Of a DNA stretch of 64,000 nucleotides, positions 27,835-39,262 are shown piece after piece. The notes under the pieces are model-generated. The model saw only the letters and a program-made list of their open reading frames with translations. It was not told the origin of the DNA and ran no database searches. The stretch's first letter is position 1. The number at the start of each line of letters is the position of its first letter. The position numbers and the translations under genes were made by a program. The stretch covers positions 101,184,001 to 101,248,000 of the forward strand of contig OX597814.1 in assembly GCA_951406725.2 (NCBI GenBank), written 5' to 3'. The DNA comes from Octopus vulgaris (lineage: Eukaryota).

Positions 27835-28005
27835 ATTATATTGAACACTCCACTAGAGTGGACGAAAGCGCTAATGTATGATACATGATTGATAAAAACA
27901 TGTAACATACTAATAAATATCTAAATATAATACCATCCAGATTTCTGAATACCTCATTTCTTCTAATATACAATACCTGTACATCATCTCCAAACCTTAT
28001 AATAT
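27835..28005 (+). mobile_element. Dispersed pseudo-LTR-like repeat with a hammerhead-like motif at 27841-27874
   Basis: TTGAACA CTCCAC-TAGA-GTGGAC GAAA GCGC TA; the following ~150 bp is homologous to the reverse complement of 62545-62706. Confidence 0.65.
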
Positions 28006-28010
28006 ATATA

Positions 28011-28168
28011 TACGACGGGCTTCTTTCAGTTTCCGTCCCTAAAATCCACTCACGAGGCTTTGGTCAGACCGAGGCTATAAGAGAGGCCAGTTGCCCAAGG
28101 TACCACGCAGTCAGACTGAACCCAGAACCAAGGGGTTGGTAAGCAAACTACTTACCACACAGCCACGG
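28011..28168 (-). mobile_element. SINE family A, 5' half
   Basis: TACGACGGGCTTCTTTCAGTTTCCGTC...GCAAACTACTTACCACACAGCCAC. Confidence 0.85.
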
Positions 28169-28229
28169 GAAATATAGTTTCGGTTTACAAAAAAATCGAG
28201 TAATGATAGGCATTCAGGAAAGAAGTAAA

Positions 28230-28650
28230 TTCGTAATACGAGCTCCCACTGTAATTCATAAAGATAATGTGCTCGAGACCTTTTGTGGTATTCGAAATAG
28301 TTTGCAGCAGATGTAGAGTATCCTACATTGTGACCATCACCAAGAATCTTCATGTGCGAATCCAGGAACACATGTGCAAACATGCAACCAGAAAAAAGCC
28401 AGACCCAAGATTTCAAGTAATCCATCAAGGCCTCTCAGTGCAACAGAAACGATCTCGGAGTCATGGAAGAACTCTTTATCAACAAACTGAGACCAGCTAA
28501 AAATAACAGAGAAGAGTTACATAAAGCATACTGGCTACTATATGTCTCATCTCCACTTGTTCTGGTCTTATCCAACAAGTCTCTGTCCGACGAACGGGAA
28601 CGTGAAACTCAGAGTAACAGGTTTTGTTGAATTTCTGCTGCTTTTAAATA
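28230..28650 (+). mobile_element. Penelope-like retroelement 3' end: GIY-YIG endonuclease remnant plus terminal repeat
   Basis: VVFEIVCSRCRVSYIVTITKNLHVRIQEH (VVYxIxCxxCxxxYIGxTxRxLxxRxxEH pattern), then after a frameshift LGVMEELFINKLRPAKNNREEL, followed by a hammerhead motif. Confidence 0.85.
28583..28620 (+). ncRNA. Type I hammerhead ribozyme motif, best-formed copy (U4C change)
   Basis: Stem I CTGT/ACAG; core CCGACGA; stem II ACG-GGAA-CGT with a GNRA loop; GAAA; stem III CTC-A-GAG; cleavage triplet GUA. Confidence 0.75.
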
Positions 28651-28667
28651 AAGTATATATATATATA

Positions 28668-29104
28668 CAGTATTCCCTCGCCATATCACTGTTCACCTTT
28701 CGCGCACTCAGTACATCGCGGATTTTCCTGGCTATCGTGGACACTTCAGTACACCGCGGGTTTCTGCGAAGCATTTTCACGCCTGGAAAATTGATAAATG
28801 AATGACTAAAATTACAGTACTGCACTATAACACTTTAAGTAAAACACTTTATATTATAACATTTTAAGTAAAATATATTAAAAGATAAAATACTTAGTGT
28901 ACCGTAGATGAGTAAACAGAGACTCGCACATACTCTATGGAAACCGAAACTCAGGAAGCGAATGCGTGGTGCTGTTTTGCATTTATAATAAAATAAATAT
29001 ATACAAATTATAAAAATTTTTTTTAAATTATACAGTGCGGTTTCTACTTCGTGGGTTTTCACCTGTTGCGGGAGATTTTGGAACACATAGTCGAGGGTTT
29101 ACCG
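28668..29104. mobile_element. pogo/Tigger-like MITE
   Basis: Termini TA|CAGTATTCCCTCG and CGAGGGTTTACCG (reverse complement CGGTAAACCCTCG); inserted in (TA)n; no ORF. Confidence 0.7.
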
Positions 29105-29144
29105 TGTATATATATTCATATATATATATATATATATATATTCA

Positions 29145-29205
<61 letters not shown>

Positions 29206-29268
29206 GAAGCCGTTTGGATAAGGCCGGAACACTCAGAGATCATATATAAATTAAATTACAAATAGCAA

Positions 29269-29316
<48 letters not shown>

Positions 29317-29970
29317 GTGTGTAATGTATGTATATTTATATATTAAATATATATCAATACCTATTATGTCCTCATTGGCCTCGTAGCACCACTGGAACTT
29401 TATAACAAACATCTTTAGAGTTTCATTAAATTCACGTGTTTTCCCTTCGTTTCCTTCTTTCTCGTGACAACCTCATTCTCCAGTTTTCTTTTTAGTTCTC
29501 TTAGCTATTCCCCCTATCTCCCCACATTATTTTATCTTCTTCCTCTTTCTCTCATATCACTTCACACTTTCTCCCTTGTTAACTGCTAGTGTTAAACCAA
29601 TGATATAAGCCCAAACATGTAAACAGAATTGAATTCTGGAAAGCACATTCAATCTTGCTATGTTTAGATTTTCACGCCAGTTTGTTTAGGAATATAGATA
29701 AAACCATTTTCAAATATAATCAACGTGCTAAATAGATGCCCATACTGGTCTTGAAGTCGACTTAATATTAATGGTAAACAAACTGCGAGTTATGGTGTAG
29801 AGTAGGCAAGTTAACTATCAGAACATCTGCCTGTTAGAGGTATCAGATCTGTTACTAGAAGTTAACTGATGTTTTTATAAGTAACTCAGCTTAATTTATA
29901 AATATACATTCATGCTTTCAGACTTAAATAACACGCACAGACACACACTAACACTCAAACACACACACAT

Positions 29971-30001
<31 letters not shown>

Positions 30002-30151
30002 ACATTCACGCACATACCCGTATAGATACCCATATATATTTATATTTCTATGTCTGTAAGCACGCCGCCTCTGTGTGTGTGCGTGAGTGTGTATGTATAC
30101 ATGTACGAATATATAGATATAGATATATGTACATATATATATATACATATG

Positions 30152-30230
<79 letters not shown>

Positions 30231-30251
30231 AGAAAGAGAGAGAGAATTACG

Positions 30252-30900
30252 TTCCCCGAATTTCAAGTCTTCCTACTCTACCTATGTTCAGTGAATACCA
30301 CAGAAGAAGCACGGATAAACAAAGAAAATCTTTTTATACAAAAGTACAAACCTAGACTTAACAAACTTTAACAGACTACATACATAAATAATCATTCACA
30401 CACAAAACTCATTCTGCTACTTAACATGAGCAGCCTACACAACTAATAACCTAAACTTTAGCCACTGGACTACATACAAACAACTCCTGTCCACTCTCCC
30501 ACCAGACAGATTGAATTTGGAGTGCGTTGACTGTAACTAAACATGTCACTCATTCATGTCGGCCATCTTTTTAGGCGCAAAAAATACTGTCACGTGACAC
30601 TAACGCACGGACGTAGTGAAGAACTATATAAGGTTCTAAGCTTAATCACGTGTTCATACTCAGCAAACACTTGAGAGAAATCATTCAGAACTTTGACTGT
30701 TTGGACATGTTGAGTCGACCGTGTCAGCCTTTACTTACAATGCCAAACATTGTCACTTGATACTAATACACGGACGTAGCGGGGAACCTACTAAAATTTC
30801 TAAGACCAGTCATGTGACTATTCTCTTCCAATCAAATCCTATTCGAAATATATACTAATTAGAGCCATTTTTTCTGTGTCTTCTGTTACCCGCTTAAATT
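30252..30900 (+). mobile_element. Penelope-like 3' fragment (end of GIY-YIG domain plus downstream UTR)
   Basis: 30261-30371 reads FQVFLLYLCSVNTTEEARINKENLFIQKYKPRLNKL* (RxxKExxFIxKxxPxLN pattern). A diverged direct repeat lies at about 30588-30660 and 30751-30825. Right boundary uncertain. Confidence 0.6.
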
Positions 30901-31444
30901 TTTGTTAATTATAGTTCCTTATAAGTGTATTATTTCTGTTTCTGATATTATTGGGCTCAGATAATATACTTTTGGATTATTTGCCCTCTAAATTTCATCC
31001 AAGAGTTCAATTGTTTGGATTCCATTTCATTGAAAATAGAATGTATAAAACTGGAAAATATTCCTATCTTAGTTTTTAGTTTATTAGCAGCTTTTAGTTT
31101 TATTAGAAGCAGATGAGAAGTAAAGTGCTGGGAAGTTATATCGATAATGTCATTATTTTCGTCGGATCTGCTTTGTTTATTTTTCGTGGTAATGAGTTTT
31201 GAACGCACTGTTTTTGGACCACTATCTTTAGTTCAAAGAGAGCACTTACAATTTTAAACTTAATTTGAATGATACGGCTTTAATTTGTATTATTATTAAC
31301 GTAGTTATCTGTATCTGTCTTGGTTTGAGAAATACATCTTCAATCGGTAGTTATATCTATCTTGAAGAACAGGCATATATTTCAAGGTTGATGATCAACG
31401 TAAATTTGCAACGTTAACAAGAATGTTTAATGGAAAACATCTAT

Positions 31445-31710
31445 GAACATTTCGTTTTGGGATTTGGTTTGCAAGATTCTTTATATGAATTCGTGTGTTG
31501 AAGCATATTCTGTTGTGTCTGGAGAGAGTCATTCTCTTTTAGTGCCTTATTATTTAACACACTCATCGGTAAAGACCATCGAAAAGGTTGCAAGACGCAA
31601 CGAAAATTTTAGAAAATAAAAATAAGAAATAAGTGGAAATTTTACCGGTGAGTGTGTGAAATAATAAGGCACTAAAAGAGAATGACTCTCCCCAGACACA
31701 ACAGAATGTA
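31445..31710. mobile_element. Inverted pair of pseudo-LTR-like repeats around a degenerate hammerhead-like motif
   Basis: 67-bp arms 31507-31573 and 31641-31707 with 3 mismatches; the spacer contains TCGAAAA G GTTGC-AAGAC-GCAAC GAAA. The outer left part (GCAAGATTCTTTATATGAATTCGTGTGTTGAAGCATA) resembles 22505-22545 and 23378-23415. Confidence 0.7.
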
Positions 31711-32629
31711 TGAACATATTCAGGTTAAGCAAGTTTGCCCAATGTTACGAGAACATACCTCGGTAACAATTATGTTGTTTAAGATGTCAAAAATGTCGAA
31801 GGTTAGTAAATTCTGTGCGAACATTTCCTTAGAAATTCGAAAGAAACTAGTAATGTTATTATCTTGAATAGGCCTGTGTTCTTGCAGTGATGTTTGTGTA
31901 TGCAGTTGTGATACATTTGAGACTATAGTTATATTGTAATGGTTATGACATGTTTTAGTTCAAACGCTAAATCCGTGTAAAATCCCAACCATTTTAACTC
32001 GAACTATGCAACATTATAATCATTCGGTATCTTATTGTCTTGGGGAATAATATCAGTTCTATTACATCCTGTCTGTTGGTTTGTCAGTATTCTAAAATTC
32101 TAGAATTATTGGCATTTTCTAAATTTCTAGAAGTAGCATTTTCTAAGACCGGTCAAGACTCCTATGAGTACAAAAGAGTTTTCCGTTAAAGTTAAAATTT
32201 TATGGCGAGTATTTATAGAGCAGCTTTACAACGCACCTCTGTCATTGAGATGATTTGTCTGAGTCACTTTGATTCATACTGATGCCATGGTGTTAGTATT
32301 TCATGAAATACTACACGAAAAATCATTATAGATGTTATGAACATGTATAAAGCTAGTAATGTTGGCAGCCGCTCTGTCGCAAATGTTGCTATAGTTACAA
32401 TATAACTATAGTCCGTCCTATGTTGGATGTGTATATCTAAGCAGAGATATATATATATCTGTCAACTCTTCCCCTGAAGTATTCGCCATATGAAGAAACG
32501 TCTTTTAAATTAATTGTTCATTACATTGCCTTATGTGCCTACTGTATATCAGTTTTTGCTATTAACTCCAAGACAAGACTTCAGCCATTGAAAGTCTAAG
32601 CTAAATTCTTGCGAGAACGCACCTACTAA

Positions 32630-32660
<31 letters not shown>

Positions 32661-33119
32661 CGGCAGTGATATACAATTTGATAATCAAGAAGTGCATGTC
32701 GAATGCTTTATTGAGAATCCAAACGGCCATGCTAAATAGTAATTGCTACTGTGTTATATTGCTTAGTGAAAACTCAAATAATCCACCAATATCCTTTCTC
32801 TAGAGACGTATAGTCACTGAGTGTGTCATTTACTGGGTAGAATATAGTGCTTTTTAAGCAGAGTTTTAGTCTAATTTAATAAGAGTAGAATTTATAAGAC
32901 TTATAGATGGTTTTGTGAAATCAACTTTCAATATACAACGCTAGGGCAGAAAATGGCGGCTGAGACGGGACACTTATTTAATATTTTAAGTTTAATCGGG
33001 AACTGTGAGATTTTCTGATTGCCTGTAGCTCGTGTTCTTAAGCAAAGTCGAGCCTGCATAGTACTTAGATGGGAGGCTGCTTGGGAAACCAAAGTTACTG
33101 CCAGCGAAATCATTAGGAA

Positions 33120-33295
33120 TAGGTGCAGGTGGGGCTATGTAGTTGAGGAATTTGCTTCCCTACCATGTAATCTTGGCTTCAGTCCCACTGCACGGCCCCT
33201 TACGCAAGTGCCTTTACTATAGCCTCGAGCCAAAGCCAACTAAAAATTTATGGGGTGATTAGGTAGAGAAAACCTGTAAGAAGTCTGTCGTGTGT
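33120..33295 (+). mobile_element. SINE family A, diverged 5' half (possible 3' half at about 34730-34850)
   Basis: GGCTTCAGTCCCACTGCACGGCCCCTTACGCAAGTGCCTTTACTATAGCCTCG. Confidence 0.7.
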
Positions 33296-33364
33296 ATATA
33301 TGTGTTTATATGCGTATACAAACTTGTATACGCACACACACACACATATATATATATGAGATGT

Positions 33365-33866
33365 TTTGGTATCCAGAAGTCCCAAAACTCAGGTAAGTCT
33401 ATGTAAGTGCTACGGATGCTGTTAAGCTCTCGGTTCAATAATAGCATGAGTTAGGAGTCTAAGGCAGGTCGTGTGTGAGCGTGTATATGTTAAATAAAAT
33501 CAGATAAGTCCAAGGCAATTTGATATTCCTAGGACTAACTCTGAATGGAAAGATCTGCAAACAGATCTCTAACTTGTTTTGGAGAATGTGTTGCAATTGC
33601 TTCCTCCAGAGTCATATCCCAAGGACGATCGAATTTTTCGTTAAAAAAAATCATGTAAAAAAATCGCCGTAAACAATCGCAACAATGAAAACATAGGAAT
33701 CCAAAATGTCAGGGTTGCAGGTCCGGATTCGGCCCGGGATGTTTTTAATTTACTCACGGAGTCAACCTGATTCCAAAACGGCATTATATGTTGGCTACGG
33801 CCACTAGGAGTAAAGTTTAAAAAGTGTGACACACTGACACACTGACATTCACATTCACATATTAGA
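33365..33866 (-). mobile_element. Helitron deletion derivative carrying a RepHel coding fragment
   Basis: 5' end A|TCTAATATGTGAATGTGAATGTCAGTGTGTC. About 33545-33632 translates to DRPWDMTLEEAIATHSPKQVRDLFADL, matching the RepHel linker motif DxxWxxTLxEAxxxxxPxQLRxLFA. Confidence 0.7.
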
Positions 33867-33953
33867 TATGTTTAATTTTAGGGAAACTGTATTTCATTTA
33901 AAGCGTATTATATATGCGTGTGTGTTTGTGTGTGCATCTATATGTATATATGT

Positions 33954-33986
<33 letters not shown>

Positions 33987-34069
33987 CATATATATATGTA
34001 CATATATATGTATGTATATATTAAAAGAAAGCAAAAAATAAAGCAAAACTGATAGTGTTCAGTAGTTTG

Positions 34070-34157
34070 TTCAGTAAGCTGGCCACAGGAATTTCTGTCC
34101 AGGAAAGCTGTACATCATCTCCCACATACCCACTCTCTCTTTCTGTCTATCTCTCTC

Positions 34158-34207
<50 letters not shown>

Positions 34208-34346
34208 CGACACCGCCCTCACCGTCTGTATGCTTACTATTACTGTCACCCCACCAAGAGGAAGTGTCAATGAATACTGAGAGAGGTGGCGTCAAAGTCT
34301 GTCACGCTAACACACACAAATTAGTTTTCGCATTTATTATACTAGA
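34070..34346 (-). mobile_element. Short non-autonomous Helitron-like element
   Basis: 5' end A|TCTAGTATAATAAATGCGAAAACT; possible subterminal hairpin ACAGGAATTTCTGT near 34085-34098; terminal CTAG not intact. Confidence 0.45.
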
Positions 34347-34608
34347 TATATCATTTCGATATATACAGGATTTAAATTCGTATTATTTTAAGTTTCATAC
34401 TATGAAAGCACGATAATCTGTTAATCTTCGTAAACATTACATACGGTGCGCTATGCATGCTTGTCAAATTATGGTATTTTCATGCCATGAAACTAACAGT
34501 ACATCAACTTTAAATTCTGCGTATCTTAAATGATATTAAACTCTTAATAGCTGGAGAATGGAGTACTTTTTGACTGATTCCGCTAATAACAGACCAGTAA
34601 ATCATATA

Positions 34609-34648
<40 letters not shown>

Positions 34649-35044
34649 CGTATTTTTGTGTTTCTTTGTGTGTCTTTGTGTTTGAGTATGTGTGCTTGTG
34701 CGTGTGTGTGTATGTATGTATGTGCCTTTGTGCTTGTAATTGTCCACACCACCGATTGAGAACCGGTTTTGGTTTGTTTACGTTTCCGCAACTTAGCAGT
34801 TCACCTAAAGGAAGGGTAGATAGTGTACCAGGCCCTAAAAAATTTTGGGGGATATTTGTTCTACTATGTATGTATGTATGTATCTATGTATGTATGTATG
34901 TATGTATGTATGTATGTATGTATGTATGTATGTGATGAGTTAAAAAAAACATATACAAGCAAACGGAAAACAGAAACAGAAGGTCACCAAATCCTCATCA
35001 ATTATCGGCCAAAGATTCAACGCAATTCGCACGCGCGCACACAG

Positions 35045-35120
<76 letters not shown>

Positions 35121-35295
35121 GTATTACATACATGCACGTGTGAATGTATGTATGTATTTTATTATTTGTTTCAGTCATTTGACTGCGACCATGCTGTAGC
35201 ACCGCCTTTAGTCGAACATGTATGTATGTGTTGATTCGCTAGCTTCTGCACGCATATTTTTTTCTCTCCTTCTTTCTGTGTTTTTTCTCTGTGTA

Positions 35296-35333
35296 TCTTT
35301 CTGTTGAAGAGCGTAGGCTCGAAACGTTAAAGA
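35296..35333 (+). ncRNA. Minimal type I hammerhead-like motif in a solo terminal-repeat-like segment (about 35230-35465)
   Basis: Stem I TCTTT/AAAGA; core CTGTTGA (A6U) plus an extra A; stem II GAGC-GTAG-GCTC; GAAA; palindromic ACGT stem III; GUU triplet. Confidence 0.7.
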
Positions 35334-35652
35334 CTTGTTTCATTTATATTTCCTGAGCGCCATACTAATACAATTGTTTGTTTGTATTCCACCTGCCTTC
35401 GTCTTTTATTTATTTCCGTAAACCTGCCTTCGTTTTTTGTCTATTTTCATAAAGCTTCTCGTTATATATGTACGTATATATGTATGTATGTATTCTCATC
35501 TGCCAGTATGATATACAGGATGATCTTTGGTGCCGCATTCGTGACCGAGAGTGTGGGTTAGCCAGTGGACTCACACGACATTGTAGGTGCCAATGTCTAG
35601 GTGGAAGTGCTGTTACTGTAGGATGGTGCGGAATGACTTTTAAGTCCCTTGG

Positions 35653-35912
35653 TAAGGAAAAGGTAAAGTTACCTTCTCGAGTCATGGCGACTCATAAGGG
35701 CTGGTTTTCCAATTTCTTGGCGTATTAATTTCCCACTTGGACAGGACGCCAATCCATTCGTCAAATTACTAATTTTGGCTTTCTGAGTGGAGTGGAGCAA
35801 CGTGAAATGAAGAGTTTTGCTCAAGAACACAACACGTCGCCCGGTCCATAAATCGAAACCACAGTCTTACGATCAAGAATCCAACACCCTGGCCGCTAAG
35901 CCACGTGTTTCT
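35653..35912 (-). mobile_element. SINE family D, full length, with a 3' body shared with family C
   Basis: Minus strand: head TGGCTTAGCGGCCAGGG...GGTTTCGATT, CORE-like TGTGTTCTTGAGCAAAAC, then GGATTGGCGTCCTGTCCAAGTGGG...CCCTTATGAGTC and a TTTACC-type tail. Confidence 0.75.
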
Positions 35913-36505
35913 ACTGTACGTCCCTTGCAGGGCTTAGGGGCCATATTAGACGTCACCAGCGATGAAATGACCAAACGTTAAAGGTTTCTTCGAGGAAATA
36001 TACTTACTTTGTCACGAATGAATTTTACCATCTGTGTATCTATGTTTGCAAGTATTACATATGTATATAAGTGTTAGTGAATGTGTGTGTGTGAGCCTTT
36101 CTATGAGAGAAAATGCAGTACACACATATACTAACACATAGACTCACATATACATGCAGTTCTTTAGAAAACATGTATATATGTATATATATATATATAT
36201 ATATATAATTACATACATATGTACATATATATATATGTACACACATATATACATATATATTTACATATATATATACATATATTTATTTACATATATACAT
36301 AAATGTATGCATATATATATATATATCTACATATACACACATATACGTTTAGCATATATATATATATATACACAACACACACACATATACATGTATATAT
36401 AAATGCATGTATGTATGCATGTATATACACAAATGCATGTATGTATGCATGTATATCAAACTCTCTCTATATATATATGTGTGCCTGTGTGTGTATGTGT
36501 GTGTG

Positions 36506-36540
<35 letters not shown>

Positions 36541-37022
36541 AGAGAGTAATAGCGAAAGCGGGGTAAAAGAGAAGGCGACAGAGAACAGAGAGGGAAAATA
36601 TCTACATTCATATTTTAATACTCAACACCCACCTACACACGGATAATTTCCTTCCATCCTTCTATAATAAAATACAATTGATATGATATGATAGAATATA
36701 CAGAGAATCAACTGCATTAAAACCTTTACCATCTTTTGGACGTATCATAAGTGAGATTGTTTTTTCAATAAAACCCATTGCAATGACTTTTACAGACATT
36801 TTCCCTTATTGCATTGGGAATACAAGAGACATTTTCTAATCATGGTGTCGCCATGTGCTTTTCCCATTCGGCCAATGAAAGCCCCGCTATGCTAAATTAA
36901 GCAACGTAACCCTATAGACGTAAGTTGCTGTAGAGGGCACAGATGAAAGGTGTATGTTATTGTGTGAATGTGTGTGCGTGTTTTGGTTATGTGGCTACGT
37001 AAATATTTCTATATGTGATATA

Positions 37023-37058
<36 letters not shown>

Positions 37059-37233
37059 TGTATGTATGTATGTATGTATGTATCTATGTATTTATGTATG
37101 TATTTATGTATGTATAAATATATATATATATATACATGTATATATATGAAGATATATATATGTATATACATTCACACGTAGATATATGTATATGTATATT
37201 TACATGCATACATACGTATATATATATATATAT

Positions 37234-37276
<43 letters not shown>

Positions 37277-37284
37277 TACGTGTA

Positions 37285-37328
<44 letters not shown>

Positions 37329-38029
37329 TACGTATATGTATATATATATGTGTGTGTGCATATATATATGTGCGTGTGTGAATATATATATATATGTATA
37401 AACATGTATGTGTGTATGTGTGCGTGGTTGTGTGTGTATGCAATTATACATATGTAAATATACGAGTCTAATTGTATTTTTATATATCCCTCATAAAGTG
37501 TATGTTTTTTGTTTTTACTTCCTTTTGTTTTGTCTTCTTCCATTTTGTTTTAAACTTTTTTCCTGTATACGGATATTTACAGATGTGCGTGCGTGTGTAT
37601 CTACACTTGTGTTTGTGCGTACACACACGCGTGTGTGAGCGTGTGTGTGCGTGCTATTGAATGCAAGATAGTGTATGCGTCATATGTGTATATGTGAAAT
37701 GTAATGAAGTGGAAGGGTTGCGGTTAAACGGAATAAGTAAATGTTTGTAGAAGAGAGGGTGAAGGACAAGTGAAAGAGAGATTTTTCAGCTTGTCTATAC
37801 AAAGAACGGATTGGTAGGAGCGCAAGCTAAAAGAACACATACACACAGAGAGAATAAAAATAAAAATGAAGACACTTAAAAAACTCTCACTAAAACAGAA
37901 AAACAAATTCAAGAACAACAACAAACGTTATGATAACGATGACGATAACGAGAAAAAGTGAAACATTTCAAAAGCGAAATAAAGGGAGCGTTTTTGTGTG
38001 AATTCTACTAGCAAAAACACGAATGAGAA

Positions 38030-38603
38030 ACATATTCCCTTCTACTCTAGGCACAAAGCCCGAAATTTTGGGGGTGGGAACTAGTCAATTAGATCGACCC
38101 TAGTACGCAACTGGTACTTAATTTATCGAGCACGAAAGGAAGAAAGGCAAAGTCAATCTCGGCAGAATTTGAACTCAGAACGTAAAAACAGAAGAAATAC
38201 CTATTTTTTTACTACCCACAAGGGGCTAAACACAGAGAGGACAAACAAGGACAGACAAACGGATTAAGTCGATTATATTGACCCCAGTGCGTAACTGGTA
38301 CTTATTTAATCGACCCCGAAAGGATGGAAGGCAAAGTCGACCTCGACGGAATTTGAACTCAGAACGTAGAGGCAAACGAAATACCTATTCCTTTACTACC
38401 CACAAGGGGCTAAACATAGAGAGGACAAACAAGGACAGACAAAGGAATTAAGTCGATTATATCGACCCCGATGCGTAACTGGTACTTATTTAATTGACCC
38501 CGAAAGGATGAAAGGCGGAATTTGAACTCAGAACGTAACGGCAGATGAAATACCGCGAAGCATTTCACCCGGCGCGCTAACGTTTCTGCTAGCTCGCCGC
38601 CTT
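38030..38603 (-). mobile_element. Trimeric SINE family B (one head, three ~180-bp bodies, two tail types)
   Basis: Three iterations of GGTATTTC...TACGTTCTGAGTTCAAATTC...TCCTTTCG...AAGTACCAG. Units 1-2 end in GTTTAGCCCCTTGTGGGTAGTAAA; unit 3 ends in AAAATTTCGGGCTTTGTGCCTAGAGTAGAAG. Confidence 0.9.
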
Positions 38604-39120
38604 ATGAAAATCACGTTGTGGAATATATGTCTATTTTATTGCTGTTATATGCAACAGTTTGTATGTTCTGTATAGGTGCGGTAAAAGTATTCCTACGTTC
38701 GTGATTATTGTTGTGTATATACGTGAGAGTATTATGTGTGTATGAAAAGATGGACGGACGGACGGACGGATGGAGGCTTTGACAAGAAGTACGGAAGGGT
38801 GTAGGTGCGTATATTTATGTATGGATAGATCTAAATGACCAGTAGAATGTTTTTGCTTTTCGTATATACACAATATATTTTGTTGTTTCAGAAGGTACAT
38901 TTATTAACACTACTATGTAGTTAAATTCATTATATTACTTGCATCGAGTTAATTATATATTTAACCTTACGTTAAATATATGACATGCAGTGACTAGAAA
39001 TATCATATATAGAGGTGTTCATAAGCACTTACACCTATACCAGTCAGTTTTTACACGTCTACGCGCACACAGACAATAGACAGACAGACAGACAGATAGA
39101 TAGACAGATAGATTGATAGG

Positions 39121-39167
<47 letters not shown>

Positions 39168-39262
39168 GTAGGTAGGTAGGTAGGTAGGTAGGTAGGTAGG
39201 TAGGTAGGTAGGTAGGTGGGTGGGCGGGTGGTTGGGTAGGTAGGTAGGTAGATAGATAGATA

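Noticed and set aside
31800-32000. Possible very old GIY-YIG remnant on the minus strand
   Set aside because: No motif can be recovered without many assumed substitutions.
38030-38603. CRISPR-like or satellite array
   Set aside because: The units are ~180-bp SINE bodies without unique spacers, there are no cas genes, and the context is eukaryotic.
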